A model generated the notes under the pieces. It had not been told where the DNA came from. It worked only from the letters and a program-made list of their open reading frames with translations, and searched no databases. A DNA stretch of 53,748 bases, from NCBI GenBank assembly GCA_039930845.1, contig JBDTTA010000002.1, forward strand, positions 1 to 53,748. The letters are read 5' to 3'. The first letter of the stretch is position 1, and every line of letters begins with the position of its first letter. Shown here in pieces: positions 35,198 to 45,533 of the stretch. The position numbers were made by a program, and so were the translations under genes. Origin of the DNA: Gemmatimonadales bacterium. GTDB lineage: Bacteria > Gemmatimonadota > Gemmatimonadetes > Gemmatimonadales > GWC2-71-9.

Positions 35198-36238
35198 GTG
35201 CAGACGTCCGTCACGACTATCGAGCGCTTCATTCTCGATCAGGAAGATCGCTACCCCGAAGCGACGGGTGAGCTCTCGAATCTGCTCTACGATATCGCGC
35301 TCGCAACGAAAATCATTGCCGCGGCCATTCGCCGCGCGGGCCTGGTCAACATCCTCGGGACCGACGGCGTCAGGAACGTGCAGGGTGAGATCCAGCAGAA
35401 GCTCGACGTCCTGGCCAATGAGACCATCAAGAATTGTCTGAATCACACCGGCCGGGTGTGTGTCATGGCCTCCGAGGAAGACGAGGAGATCATCCCGGTT
35501 CCGCCGGAATACGGCGTGGGCAAGTATGCGGTGCTCTTCGATCCGCTCGACGGCTCGTCCAACCTCGATGTGAACGCCGCGGTCGGCACGATTTTCAGTA
35601 TCTACCGGCGTCTCAGCTTGGAGGGGCGCGGCACGTCGGCCGACGTGTTGCAGCCTGGATGCCGGCAGGTCGCGGCGGGTTACGTCATGTATGGCTCCAG
35701 TACGATGCTGGTGTACACCACCGGCCAGGGAGTGCACGGGTTTACGCTCGATCCGACGATCGGCGAGTTCCTCCTCTCCCACCCGAGGATCATCACACCC
35801 CGCATCGGCACCTACTACAGCGTCAACGAGAGCAACTTCGGGCGGTGGGACAGGCCGATGCAGCTCGCCGTACGCGGCCTCAAGGGTGATCAACCCGGCG
35901 TGATGGAAGCGAAGAACAGTCGGTATATCGGTTCGCTCGTGGGCGACTTCCACCGCAACCTGGTCAACGGGGGCGTCTTCCTGTATCCGGCCGATACCCG
36001 CAATCCCGGCGGCAAGCTGCGGCTGCTGTATGAGGCGAGCCCGATGGCCTACATCGCCGAGCAGGCGGAGGGAAGTGCCACCGATGGTGTCAATCGCATC
36101 CTGGACATCGTTCCCCATCATTTGCACCAGCGCACGCCGCTCGTGATCGGGTCGCGGGAGGACGTGGGTTTCGTGGCCGACACCATCCGGCAGGCGGCGT
36201 CCCGGATCAGCGGCGCCACGGCCCAGCCGTCGCTGTGA
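35198..36238 (+). CDS. fbp: Class 1 fructose-1,6-bisphosphatase
   Basis: [48 protein letters not shown] at 35198 is preferred over the longer ORF start at 35153. Confidence 0.85.
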   Translation: MQTSVTTIERFILDQEDRYPEATGELSNLLYDIALATKIIAAAIRRAGLVNILGTDGVRNVQGEIQQKLDVLANETIKNCLNHTGRVCVMASEEDEEIIPVPPEYGVGKYAVLFDPLDGSSNLDVNAAVGTIFSIYRRLSLEGRGTSADVLQPGCRQVAAGYVMYGSSTMLVYTTGQGVHGFTLDPTIGEFLLSHPRIITPRIGTYYSVNESNFGRWDRPMQLAVRGLKGDQPGVMEAKNSRYIGSLVGDFHRNLVNGGVFLYPADTRNPGGKLRLLYEASPMAYIAEQAEGSATDGVNRILDIVPHHLHQRTPLVIGSREDVGFVADTIRQAASRISGATAQPSL

Positions 36239-37776
36239 AGCGGATCTACGGCCCCGACGACTGGGCCGGCGATCCGGTACGCGATCTCGGCGCGCCCGGC
36301 GAGTTTCCGTTCACGCGTGGCGTGTATCCCACGATGTACGCCGGCCGGCTCTGGACGATGCGCCAGTATGCCGGGTTCGGCACCGCGCAGGAAACCAACC
36401 ATCGGTTCAGGCAGCTTCTCGCCGCCGGGCAGATGGGACTCTCCACCGCGTTCGATCTTCCCACCCAGATGGGCTACGACTCCGATCATCCGATGGCGCA
36501 CGGCGAGGTGGGCCGTGTCGGCGTCGCGATCGATACGGTGGACGACCTCGAGACGCTCTTCCGCGACATCCCGCTCGACCAGGTGTCGACCTCGATGACC
36601 ATCAACGCCACCGCCGCTATCCTGCTGGCGATGTATGTCGTGGCCGGCGAGGAACAGGGCGTGCCCCGCGCCAAACTCACCGGCACCGTGCAGAACGACG
36701 TGCTGAAGGAGTACGTGGCGCGCGGAACGTATATCTATCCCGCGGGTCCGTCGCTTCGGCTCGTTGCCGACATCTTCCGGTTCGTGACCGACGAGGGCAT
36801 GAGCTTCAATCCGATTTCGATCAGCGGCTATCACATGCGGGAAGCGGGAGCCACCGCCGTGCAGGAGGTCGGGTTCACCCTGGCCAATGCGCTCGAATAC
36901 GTTCGGGTCGCCACGGAGGCGGGGCTCGCCATCGATGTGTTCGGACCGCGACTCTCCTTCTTCTTCGCCAGCCACAATGATCTGTTCGAAGAGGTGGCCA
37001 AGTTCCGGGCCGCCCGAAGGCTATGGGCACGGCTTGTTCGCGAGCGCTTCGGTGCCGGCGACGCGACCGCCCGCCTTCGTTTCCATACCCAGACGGGCGG
37101 TGTCACGCTGCAGGCGCAACAGCCGCTCACGAACGTCGTACGCGTCACGCTCCAGGCGCTGGCCGCGGTGCTGGGCGGTACCCAGTCACTCCACACCAAC
37201 GGGTACGACGAGGCGCTGGCACTGCCAACCGCCGAATCAGCGACGCTGGCCCTGCGCACGCAACAGGTCATCGGATACGAGAGCGGGGTTCCCGAGGTGG
37301 TGGACCCGCTCGGAGGGAGCTACTACGTCGAGCGTCTCACCGACGAGCTCGAGGAGGGGGCCCGCCAGCTGATCGCGCAGGTCGATGAGCTCGGCGGCGC
37401 CGCCAGGGCGATCGAGCGAGGATTCTTTCAGGAGGCCATCGCGAGGAGCGCGTACGCGGTGCAACAGGCGCAGGAATCCGGAGCGATGGTGGTCGTCGGC
37501 GTGAATCGATTCACCGATGAGTCGCCTGCACCGGCCATCGAGGCTCCCGATTTCTCGGCGCTGGAGGGGGAACAGCGCGCGAGGCTCGCCGAGGTCAGAC
37601 GGACGCGGGACGGAGCGGCGGTGCGCGCGCGACTCGAGGACCTTCGCAACGCCGCGGCCGGCGTGACGCCGCTCATGCCGACGATACTCGAGGCGGTGCG
37701 CGCCCGGGCGACGCTGGGTGAGATCAGCGACGCGCTCAGGGAGGTCTGGGGAGTGTACAAGGCGGGAGGGCGGTAG
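36235..37776 (+). CDS. Methylmalonyl-CoA mutase family catalytic (large, N-terminal) subunit, without a fused B12-binding domain
   Basis: [63 protein letters not shown]. 513 aa, ending before any DxHxxG B12 domain. Confidence 0.85.
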   Translation: MKRIYGPDDWAGDPVRDLGAPGEFPFTRGVYPTMYAGRLWTMRQYAGFGTAQETNHRFRQLLAAGQMGLSTAFDLPTQMGYDSDHPMAHGEVGRVGVAIDTVDDLETLFRDIPLDQVSTSMTINATAAILLAMYVVAGEEQGVPRAKLTGTVQNDVLKEYVARGTYIYPAGPSLRLVADIFRFVTDEGMSFNPISISGYHMREAGATAVQEVGFTLANALEYVRVATEAGLAIDVFGPRLSFFFASHNDLFEEVAKFRAARRLWARLVRERFGAGDATARLRFHTQTGGVTLQAQQPLTNVVRVTLQALAAVLGGTQSLHTNGYDEALALPTAESATLALRTQQVIGYESGVPEVVDPLGGSYYVERLTDELEEGARQLIAQVDELGGAARAIERGFFQEAIARSAYAVQQAQESGAMVVVGVNRFTDESPAPAIEAPDFSALEGEQRARLAEVRRTRDGAAVRARLEDLRNAAAGVTPLMPTILEAVRARATLGEISDALREVWGVYKAGGR

Positions 37777-37785
37777 GCGCTCTCC

Positions 37786-37814
37786 TTGAACCCCCCCGGG
37801 TACTGATCTAAGTT
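37786..37814 (+). promoter_or_regulatory. Candidate sigma70-like promoter: TTGAAC-N17-TAAGTT, upstream of the fmdB-like gene
   Basis: Sits in a 72-bp AT-richer gap at the head of a ~14 kb gapless gene array. Confidence 0.3.
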
Positions 37815-37848
37815 TACATGCTGGTTTTGTTTACCTCAGCGAGAGACC

Positions 37849-38178
37849 ATGCCGACCTACGAGTACGAGTGCCCCGAAGGCCACGTCTTCGAGAAGTTCC
37901 AGAAGATGACGGACAAGCCCCGCGCCAAGTGTCCCGTGTGCGGCAAGCCGGCGGTCCGCAAGATCTCGGGTGGGGCCGGGCTGGTTTTCAAGGGCAGCGG
38001 TTTCTACATCACCGACTACGGCAAGGACGGCAAGGGACCGCGAAAGGACCCGACGCAGCCATCGGCCGATTCCACCCCCAAGCCTGACGCGACCGGCAAG
38101 CCGGGCAAGGACGCCCCGAAGACCGGGGCCGCCGAGCCTCCCTCCCCCAAGACGAAGACGAAGGCCTCCGGCGAGTGA
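37849..38178 (+). CDS. FmdB-family zinc-ribbon protein with a low-complexity Lys/Pro-rich tail
   Basis: MPTYEYECPEGHVFEKFQKMTDKPRAKCPVCGKPAVRKI. The first knuckle is CPEGH rather than CxxC. GTGA overlap with argS. Confidence 0.7.
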   Translation: MPTYEYECPEGHVFEKFQKMTDKPRAKCPVCGKPAVRKISGGAGLVFKGSGFYITDYGKDGKGPRKDPTQPSADSTPKPDATGKPGKDAPKTGAAEPPSPKTKTKASGE

Positions 38179-39818
38179 GTGACGCGCTCCGCGCCGAGCT
38201 TTCGCGGGTGGCGACGCGGCTCGGCGCCGACGGGGTGGAGTTCGTGCTGGAACGCCCGCGCGACGCCGGCCACGGCGATCTCGCGACCAATCTCGCGATG
38301 GTGCTGGCGAAGCAGGAGCGCGCCAACCCGCGGAAGACCGCCGAGCGCGTGCTCGAAGAGCTCCGGCTCCCCCCGACGCTCGTGGCGCGCACCGAGATCG
38401 CCGGCCCCGGCTTCATCAACTTCTGGCTGGCGCAGGATCAGCTCACCATCGCGCACGGGCGCATTCTCGCCGAGGGGTCGAATTACGGTCGCTCGGTTGC
38501 CGATGCCCCGCTCAGGGTGAACATCGAGTTCGTCTCCGCCAATCCCACCGGACCGCTCCACGTCGGCCACGGCCGCGGCGCCGCGCTGGGAGATGGCATC
38601 GCCGCGCTGCACGAGTGGACCGGCCATGCGGTCACGCGCGAGTTCTACATCAACGATGCCGGTCTCCAGATCGACCGCGTCGCGCAAAGCCTGTGGGCCC
38701 GCGTCCAGGAAGAAGTGGGCCGACCGGGGGTGATACCCGAGGGTGGCTACTTTGGCGAGTATCTGCGCGACAACGCCCGCCTGGTGCTGGCGCGCGAAGG
38801 CCGCGCCTTTGCCGACCTGCCTCCGGAGGTGGGCGTCCCCCGCTGCCGCGAGCTGGCGCTCCAGATCCAGCGCGAAGAGCAGGATCGCGATCTCCTCGAG
38901 TTCGGCGTCCGGTTCGAAGTGATGAGCTCCGAGCAGTCGCTGTACGAGGACGGCAAGGTCGATCGCGCACTCGCCCTGCTCGCCGAGCGCGGGCTCACCT
39001 ACGACGCCGAGGGCGCGCTCTGGCTCAGGACGACGGAGTTCGGCGACGACAAGGACCGCGTGCTTCGAAAGGGCGATGGGAGCTACACCTACCTCGTTCC
39101 CGACATTGCCTATCATATCGACAAGCACGATCGGGGCTTCGATCGCGCCATCGACGTCTGGGGAGCGGATCACCACGGCTACATCCCGCGGATGCGCGCG
39201 GTGCTTCAGGCGCTCGGCTACCCGGCCGAATTCTTCGACGTGGCGCTGGTACAGCTCGTGAAGGTCGAACGGTCGGGTGAAGAGGTGAAGATGTCGAAGC
39301 GGTCGGGGCAGTTCGTCACCCTGCGCGATCTCTACGAGGAAGTCGGCGTGGACGCCGCCCGGTACTACTTCCTGCGCACCAAGGGGGAGACCCCGATGGT
39401 GTTCGACATCGACCAGGCGCTCAAGCAGAACGACGAAAATCCGATCTTCTATGTCCAGATGGCGCATGCGCGCCTGAGCGGCATCTTCCGCACCGCCGAC
39501 CGCGCGCCCGAGTCGGTGGCAGGCACGCTCGATCCGTCCGCGTTGCCGACGCCCCAGGACCTCGAGCTTCTCAAGAAGCTGGTCCTCCTCCCCGAAGTCG
39601 TGGAGAAGGCCGCGCGTGAGCGCGAGCCGCACCGGGTCACCGTGTATCTCCACGAGCTGGCCACGGCGGTGCATTCCTGGTATCACCATACCCGTGCGGT
39701 CGGGGCCCCCGAAGGCCCCGCGACCGAGCAGGCCCGCCTGCTCCTGGCGCGGGCGGCGCGGATCACCCTCGCCAACGCTTTGACCCTGCTCGGTATTTCC
39801 GCCCCGGACCGGATGTGA
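38175..39818 (+). CDS. argS: Arginine--tRNA ligase
   Basis: SANPTGPLHVGHGR (HIGH), KMSKRSG (KMSKS), and a C-terminal DALR anticodon-binding region. Confidence 0.95.
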   Translation: MSDALRAELSRVATRLGADGVEFVLERPRDAGHGDLATNLAMVLAKQERANPRKTAERVLEELRLPPTLVARTEIAGPGFINFWLAQDQLTIAHGRILAEGSNYGRSVADAPLRVNIEFVSANPTGPLHVGHGRGAALGDGIAALHEWTGHAVTREFYINDAGLQIDRVAQSLWARVQEEVGRPGVIPEGGYFGEYLRDNARLVLAREGRAFADLPPEVGVPRCRELALQIQREEQDRDLLEFGVRFEVMSSEQSLYEDGKVDRALALLAERGLTYDAEGALWLRTTEFGDDKDRVLRKGDGSYTYLVPDIAYHIDKHDRGFDRAIDVWGADHHGYIPRMRAVLQALGYPAEFFDVALVQLVKVERSGEEVKMSKRSGQFVTLRDLYEEVGVDAARYYFLRTKGETPMVFDIDQALKQNDENPIFYVQMAHARLSGIFRTADRAPESVAGTLDPSALPTPQDLELLKKLVLLPEVVEKAAREREPHRVTVYLHELATAVHSWYHHTRAVGAPEGPATEQARLLLARAARITLANALTLLGISAPDRM

Positions 39819-39822
39819 ACCG

Positions 39823-40743
39823 ATGAGCCTGCTCGTGGTCGGCAGCATCGCCCTCGACTCCATTTTCACGCCCTTCGGCGAGACCGCCGACGCACTCGGC
39901 GGCTCGGCAGTGTATTTCAGCATCGCGGGGTCGATCCTCCATCCGGTGCAGGTAGTGGGCGTGGTGGGGAGCGACTATCCCTTCGCGGAGCTGGAACGGC
40001 TCGCGCCGCGGGGAATCGACTGGTCCGGGGTGGAGCACGCCGAGGGCGAGAGCTTTCGCTGGAAAGGGAAGTACTCCTACGATCTGCAGAGCAGGGAAAC
40101 GCTGGAGACGCGCCTCGGGGTCTTCGCCGATTTCCAGCCCAAGCTGCCGGAGAAGTTTCGCTCGGCGGAGTTTCTGTTCCTGGGCAACATCGACCCCGAG
40201 CTTCAGCTCGGAGTTCTGTCGCAGGTCCAGCGGCCGAAGATGGTCGTCTGCGACACGATGAATTACTGGATCCAGGGCAAGAAGCAGGCTCTGCTCGATC
40301 TCCTCGCCCGCGTGGACGTCCTGATGGTGAACGACAGCGAGGCCCGGGAGCTGAGCGGGGACTGGAACATCCATCGTGCCGGAAAGTGGATTCTGGGCCA
40401 CGGGCCGAGCCGCGTGGTCATCAAGCAGGGCGAGCATGGCGCGCTGCTCATCGGCTCCAATCGCACGTTTTACGTTCCCGCCTTTCCGCTCGAAACGGTG
40501 TTCGATCCTACCGGAGCAGGCGACGCATTCGCCGGCGGATTCATGGCGTACCTCGCCCGCACGGGCGAGGTGTCCGACGAGAATCTGCGGCGCGCAATGG
40601 TCTACGGCGCCACCATGGGGTCCTTTGCCGTGGAACAGTTCGGCATCCGCGGCTTCGAAGGAATCACCCTTGCTGACGTCGAGTCGCGCGCGCGCGCCTT
40701 TCAGGATCTCACCCACGTCGAGCTCGCCGTGGAGCTGCCGTGA
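39823..40743 (+). CDS. PfkB-family carbohydrate/nucleoside kinase
   Basis: DPTGAGDAFAGGF (PfkB signature 2). 306 aa. Confidence 0.8.
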   Translation: MSLLVVGSIALDSIFTPFGETADALGGSAVYFSIAGSILHPVQVVGVVGSDYPFAELERLAPRGIDWSGVEHAEGESFRWKGKYSYDLQSRETLETRLGVFADFQPKLPEKFRSAEFLFLGNIDPELQLGVLSQVQRPKMVVCDTMNYWIQGKKQALLDLLARVDVLMVNDSEARELSGDWNIHRAGKWILGHGPSRVVIKQGEHGALLIGSNRTFYVPAFPLETVFDPTGAGDAFAGGFMAYLARTGEVSDENLRRAMVYGATMGSFAVEQFGIRGFEGITLADVESRARAFQDLTHVELAVELP

Positions 40744-41762
40744 GCGAGTACGCCTCGGCGGGAGTGGATCTCGCGGGGGCCGATGCGGCGAAAGCACGGA
40801 TCGGCGAGCTCGTTGCCGCCACCCGGACGCCGCTTTCGGTCGGCCGGGTGGGCGCCTTCGGTGGAATGGTGCGGATACCGACGGGAATGCACCAGCCGAC
40901 GCTGGTGTTGAGCACCGACGGCGTCGGCACCAAGGTGCTGGTGGCGCTTCAGGCGGGTCGCTTCGATACGGTGGGAGAGGACCTCGTCAATCACAGCGTG
41001 AACGACATCCTCGTTCACGGCGCCACGCCCATCGCCTTCATGGACTACGTTGCCGGCTCGGGGCTCGACGTCGCACAGATCGCCGCGCTGGTCGAGGGGA
41101 TCGCCCGAGGCTGCCGTCACCACGCGATGGCGCTCGCCGGAGGCGAGACCGCCCAGATGCCCGGCCTCTATCGGGCAGGAACGTACGATCTGGCCGGGAC
41201 GATCGTCGGCATCGTCGAAGAGGCCGCGGCGATCCACGGCGATGCGATCGTCCCGGGTGATGTGCTCCTGGGCTATGCATCCACCGGTCTGCACACCAAC
41301 GGGTACACGCTGGCCCGGCGCATCGTGTTCGAGCGAATGGCCCTCGGTGTGGGCGATGCACTGCCGGCGACGGGCCTCACCGTCGCGGACGCGCTGCTCG
41401 CCGTTCACCGCAGCTACTTCCGCAGCGTGATGCCCGTCATCGGCCGGATCCACGGCATGGCCCATATCACCGGCGGTGGAATACCGGGCAACCTGGTGCG
41501 CATATTGCCCGCCGGCTGTGAAGCGGTGGTGGACCCCGCCGCTTGGGAGCCCCCGCCGCTCTTCGCCACGTTGCAGCGGGCGGGAGAAGTCTCGACCGAA
41601 GAAATGCGCGACGTCTTCAATCTCGGCGTGGGATTCATCGCCGTGCTGCCGGCGGATGCGCTCCCGGTGGCGCAGGCGGCCGCGCGAGCCGACGGGGTGG
41701 TCACCTGGCCAATGGGTGAGATCCGCCGCGGAACGACCGCGGTCCGATTCACGCGGGGCTGA
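40740..41762 (+). CDS. purM: Phosphoribosylformylglycinamidine cyclo-ligase (AIR synthetase)
   Basis: YASAGVDLAGADAAK, DGVGTK, DLVNHSVNDILVHGA, HITGGG. Confidence 0.9.
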   Translation: MSEYASAGVDLAGADAAKARIGELVAATRTPLSVGRVGAFGGMVRIPTGMHQPTLVLSTDGVGTKVLVALQAGRFDTVGEDLVNHSVNDILVHGATPIAFMDYVAGSGLDVAQIAALVEGIARGCRHHAMALAGGETAQMPGLYRAGTYDLAGTIVGIVEEAAAIHGDAIVPGDVLLGYASTGLHTNGYTLARRIVFERMALGVGDALPATGLTVADALLAVHRSYFRSVMPVIGRIHGMAHITGGGIPGNLVRILPAGCEAVVDPAAWEPPPLFATLQRAGEVSTEEMRDVFNLGVGFIAVLPADALPVAQAAARADGVVTWPMGEIRRGTTAVRFTRG

Positions 41763-41767
41763 CGAAG

Positions 41768-42841
41768 ATGGACGAGCGCGAGGCGATGTCTCGTGCCCTC
41801 GACCTCGCCTGGAAAGGCTGGGGACGGGTACAGCCGAATCCTCTCGTCGGCGCGGTATTGCTGAGAGACGGCAACGTCGTGGCCGAGGGGTGGCACGCCG
41901 AGTTCGGCGGCGCTCACGCGGAGGCCGCCGCACTCGCAGCCGCGGGTGAGGCGGCGCGCGGCGCAACGGCCGTCGTCACGCTCGAGCCCTGTACGCACCA
42001 GGGGAAGCAGCCGCCCTGTACCGAGGCGCTGATCGCCGCGGGCGTGCGCCGCGTGGTGGCGGCAATGGCCGATCCCAATCCTGTCGCGGCCGGCGGTGCA
42101 GCTCGCCTTCGCGCCGCGGGCGTCGAGGTCGAGATCGGACTCCTCGAGCGCGCCGCGGCCGCGCAGAATGCCATCTTCCTGCACCACCTCAGGGAACCGG
42201 CCCGGCCGTTCGTCGCCTTGAAGCTGGCGACGACCATCGACGGGCGTATCGCCGATGCGAACGGAAACTCGCGCTGGATCTCGGGCGCCGAGGCGCGTGG
42301 GTTCGTTCACTGGCTGAGGGCGGGGTTCGACGCGATCGGGGTCGGCGGGGTCACGGCCCGCACGGACGATCCGTCGCTCACCGTGCGAGGGCCCCTGCAG
42401 CCGCAGACGAGCCCGCTGCGCATCGTGTTTGCGGCCGACGGCGACATTCCCCCCGCCCTCACTGTGGTCAGGACGGCGAGGGAGACGCCCACGGTGGCGA
42501 TCGTCGCGCCCGGCGCCAGCTCCTCCATCCTCGCTCCCGCCGAAGCCGCGGGCGTGGAGGTCATCCGCAGCGCCGATCTCCTCTCGGCGCTGCGCACTCT
42601 CCGGACGCGCGGGGTGGACTCATTGCTGGTGGAAGGCGGAGGCCGGCTCGCGGGAGCATTGCTGGCGGCGGGTCTCGTGGATCGCTATTACTGGGTCCAG
42701 AGCCCTCTCTGGCTCGGCATGGGCGCCGTACCCGCTACCGCGGGGCTGCCAGGGAGCGCGCTGGGCGAGGCCACACGGTGGAGCGTGAGCGAGCGCCGGG
42801 CGCTTGGGGAGGACACGTTGCTCGTGCTGGACCGCATCTGA
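41768..42841 (+). CDS. ribD: Bifunctional riboflavin biosynthesis protein RibD (pyrimidine deaminase / uracil reductase)
   Basis: HAEAAALAAAG...TLEPCTHQGKQPPC deaminase zinc motif, followed by a reductase domain. Confidence 0.9.
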   Translation: MDEREAMSRALDLAWKGWGRVQPNPLVGAVLLRDGNVVAEGWHAEFGGAHAEAAALAAAGEAARGATAVVTLEPCTHQGKQPPCTEALIAAGVRRVVAAMADPNPVAAGGAARLRAAGVEVEIGLLERAAAAQNAIFLHHLREPARPFVALKLATTIDGRIADANGNSRWISGAEARGFVHWLRAGFDAIGVGGVTARTDDPSLTVRGPLQPQTSPLRIVFAADGDIPPALTVVRTARETPTVAIVAPGASSSILAPAEAAGVEVIRSADLLSALRTLRTRGVDSLLVEGGGRLAGALLAAGLVDRYYWVQSPLWLGMGAVPATAGLPGSALGEATRWSVSERRALGEDTLLVLDRI

Positions 42842-43431
42842 TGTTCACCGGAATCATCGAGGCGACGGGGACCGTCACAACCGTTGATCGGACCGCTGCC
42901 GGCCTCGCGCTTTCCATCACCCTCCCGTGGACCGATGTGCGGGAAGGGGAAAGCATCGCGGTGAACGGTGCCTGCCTGACGGTGGAGCAGGTCGCGGCAG
43001 GCACCTTCAAGTGTCACGTGATACGAACGTCCATAGCGCGTACTGTCTTCGATACTTACGAAGTCGGGCGAGTGGTAAATCTGGAGCGCGCGCTCCAGGT
43101 GGGCGACCGGCTCGGCGGACACCTCGTACAGGGCCACGTCGACGGAGTGGGTACGGTGCAGTCCATCACGGACCACGACGATGCGCGCCTCCTGGACATC
43201 GGCGTGCCCGCTGATGTGGCGCTGGTCTCGATGCCCCTCGGCTCCATCACGGTGGACGGGGTGAGCCTCACCGTCAACGCGCTGCCGGCGCCCGGCGTCG
43301 TTCAGATCTCCCTGATCCCGTTTACTTTACGGCACACCACCTTGAGTCAATTGCACCCCGGCGACCGGGTACATCTCGAGGCCGATACGATCGGGAAATA
43401 TGTAAGACACTTGCTGGGCGGGGCTTCATGA
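42841..43431 (+). CDS. ribE: Riboflavin synthase (alpha chain)
   Basis: [13 protein letters not shown]-terminus and the duplicated lumazine-binding repeat ([15 protein letters not shown]). Confidence 0.9.
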   Translation: MFTGIIEATGTVTTVDRTAAGLALSITLPWTDVREGESIAVNGACLTVEQVAAGTFKCHVIRTSIARTVFDTYEVGRVVNLERALQVGDRLGGHLVQGHVDGVGTVQSITDHDDARLLDIGVPADVALVSMPLGSITVDGVSLTVNALPAPGVVQISLIPFTLRHTTLSQLHPGDRVHLEADTIGKYVRHLLGGAS

Positions 43432-44633
43432 CTTTCGGCACCATCGAGCAGGCAATCGAGGATATGCGCAACGGGAAAATCGTCATCGTGGCCGATGACG
43501 AGGACCGTGAGAACGAGGGCGACCTCGTCTGCGCGGCCGAGCTCGTCACGCCCGAGATGATCAATTTCATGACGCTGCACGGTCGTGGCCTCATCTGCCT
43601 CGCGTTGACAGGCGAGCGCTGCGATCAGCTCGGCCTTCCGCAGATGGCGGAGCGGAACACCGAGGAGCTCTCCACGGCGTTCACGGTGAGCATCGATGCG
43701 GAACGCCGGTTCGGCGTCACGACCGGCATTTCGGCGAGCGACCGCTCCACCACCATCCATGTCGCCATCAACCCCGCCACCGTTCCCTCCGACCTTCGCC
43801 GCCCGGGCCACATCTTCCCGCTTCGCGCGCGCCCGGGAGGCGTGCTGCAGCGGGTGGGGCAGACCGAGGCGAGCGTGGATCTCGCCCGTCTCGCCGGGCT
43901 GGTTCCCGCGGGGGTGATCTGTGAGATTCTCAATCCCGACGGATCGATGGCGCGGCGCCCGGACCTCGAAGCCATCTCCCGGCAGCATCAGCTGACATTC
44001 GTCACGGTGGCCCAGCTCGTCGCCTATCGGTTGCAAAAGGAACAGCTGGTTCATCGCGTCGCCGAGGCGAGGTTGCCCACCGAGTTCGGCGAGTTCACGA
44101 TCATCGGCTACCAGAACGACGTCGACCACGCCGAGCACATCGCGCTGGTCTTCGGCGAGGTGAGCGGGCGGCAGGATGTCCTCGTGCGCATGCACTCCAA
44201 GTGTCTCACCGGCGATGTCTTCGGCTCCCGGCGGTGCGACTGCGGGATCCAGCTTCATCGCGCCATGGAGCTGATCGCGCGCGAGGGACGGGGCGTCATC
44301 GTGTATCTCGACCAGGAGGGCCGCGGCATCGGGCTGCTCAACAAGCTGCGCGCCTACGCGCTGCAGGACACCGGCGCGGACACGGTGCAGGCCAACGAGC
44401 GTCTCGGATTCGCGCCGGATCTCCGCAATTACGGAATCGGCGCGCAGATTCTCCGCGACCTCGGCCTTTCCTCCATTCGCGTCATGACGAACAACCCGCG
44501 AAAGCTCGTCGGACTCGAGGGATATGGACTGCAGATCACGGCGCGCATCCCGCTTCTCGCCGATCCGAACCAGGAGAATCGCGGGTACCTCCAGGTCAAG
44601 CGCGACAAGCTCGGCCACCTTCTCGCCCACTGA
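43428..44633 (+). CDS. ribBA: Bifunctional 3,4-dihydroxy-2-butanone-4-phosphate synthase / GTP cyclohydrolase II
   Basis: [12 protein letters not shown] (DHBP synthase) and [19 protein letters not shown] (GCH II zinc site). Confidence 0.9.
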   Translation: MTFGTIEQAIEDMRNGKIVIVADDEDRENEGDLVCAAELVTPEMINFMTLHGRGLICLALTGERCDQLGLPQMAERNTEELSTAFTVSIDAERRFGVTTGISASDRSTTIHVAINPATVPSDLRRPGHIFPLRARPGGVLQRVGQTEASVDLARLAGLVPAGVICEILNPDGSMARRPDLEAISRQHQLTFVTVAQLVAYRLQKEQLVHRVAEARLPTEFGEFTIIGYQNDVDHAEHIALVFGEVSGRQDVLVRMHSKCLTGDVFGSRRCDCGIQLHRAMELIAREGRGVIVYLDQEGRGIGLLNKLRAYALQDTGADTVQANERLGFAPDLRNYGIGAQILRDLGLSSIRVMTNNPRKLVGLEGYGLQITARIPLLADPNQENRGYLQVKRDKLGHLLAH

Positions 44634-44637
44634 GCCT

Positions 44638-45117
44638 GTGCCCGACTCTTCCTTCCGCCTCCGCCCTACCGGGCGCGTGGCGATCCTCGTGAGCCGCTAC
44701 AACGAGCTGATCACTTCGCGCCTTCTTGAGGGCGCGCTCGGGTGCTGTCATGAGGCGGGTGTCTCCCGTGACGACGTCGATGTCGTGCATGTGCCCGGCG
44801 CCTTCGAGCTGCCGGTCGTGGCGGCGGTGGCGGCCGGCAGCGGCCGCTACGCCTGTGTCGTGGCGCTCGGCGCCGTGATCCGGGGAGACACCCCGCACTT
44901 TGAGTACGTCGCCGGCGAGGCGGCTCGCGGCCTCACCGACGTGGCCTTGCGGACGGGTGTGCCGGTGGGATTCGGCGTGCTCACGGTGGACACCCTGCAG
45001 CAGGCCATCGATCGTGCCGGCGGTGTCGCGGGCAACAAGGGGCACGAGGCCGCCGCCGCGGCCCTCGGGGCGGCCGACGTCATCGCGCAGATGCGCGGTT
45101 CCGATGCTCAGACCTGA
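44638..45117 (+). CDS. ribH: 6,7-dimethyl-8-ribityllumazine synthase
   Basis: VAILVSRYNELITSRLLEGA, VPGAFELP, GVPVGFGVLT. GTG at 44638 lies just after the ribBA stop. Confidence 0.85.
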   Translation: MPDSSFRLRPTGRVAILVSRYNELITSRLLEGALGCCHEAGVSRDDVDVVHVPGAFELPVVAAVAAGSGRYACVVALGAVIRGDTPHFEYVAGEAARGLTDVALRTGVPVGFGVLTVDTLQQAIDRAGGVAGNKGHEAAAAALGAADVIAQMRGSDAQT

Positions 45118-45517
45118 AACCAAGAGTCGTGCGCGCGCGCTGCAACTTCTCTATGCGTGGGAATTGCAGGGTGGACCCGGCATCACGTCGATCGCCACCG
45201 GCGTTTCGCGGCTGACCGGGCCCGAGCCGGCGATTCTCGATCGCGCGGAGGCGCTGGCCAACGGCGTCGTGGCCGACGTCCGCGCGCTCGACGCCGAAGC
45301 CGAGCGCGCGAGCGACAACTGGCGGCTCAACCGGATGGCCGTGGTCGAACGGAATATCCTCCGGCTCGGCATCCACGAACTGCGGTGTGGCACGGTGCCG
45401 CCCAAGGTGGCCATCGACGAAGCCGTGCGGCTCGCGCACTGGTTTGGCGGTGCGAGAGCGCCGGGCTTCGTCAACGGCGTGCTCGACGCAATCGCGCACG
45501 CCAGCGGACGGTTGTGA
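45104..45517 (+). CDS. nusB: Transcription antitermination factor NusB
   Basis: RSRARALQLLYAWELQ and VERNILRLGIHEL...VAIDEAVRLA. The ribH-nusB order is classical. Confidence 0.85.
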   Translation: MLRPETKSRARALQLLYAWELQGGPGITSIATGVSRLTGPEPAILDRAEALANGVVADVRALDAEAERASDNWRLNRMAVVERNILRLGIHELRCGTVPPKVAIDEAVRLAHWFGGARAPGFVNGVLDAIAHASGRL

Positions 45518-45533
45518 GCGCCGGGCTCGATCG

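Noticed and set aside
41763-41767. Looked for an FMN riboswitch before ribD, and for a SAM riboswitch before metK (52288-52318)
   Set aside because: The gaps are 5 nt and about 30 nt after the terminator. That is far too short for either aptamer, and no conserved riboswitch cores were seen.
42941-42960. gggaaggggaaag string inside ribE, resembling the junction G-tract elements
   Set aside because: It lies in frame within conserved coding sequence (VREGESIAV) and is explained by the codons for that peptide. It is not counted as a copy of the junction element.
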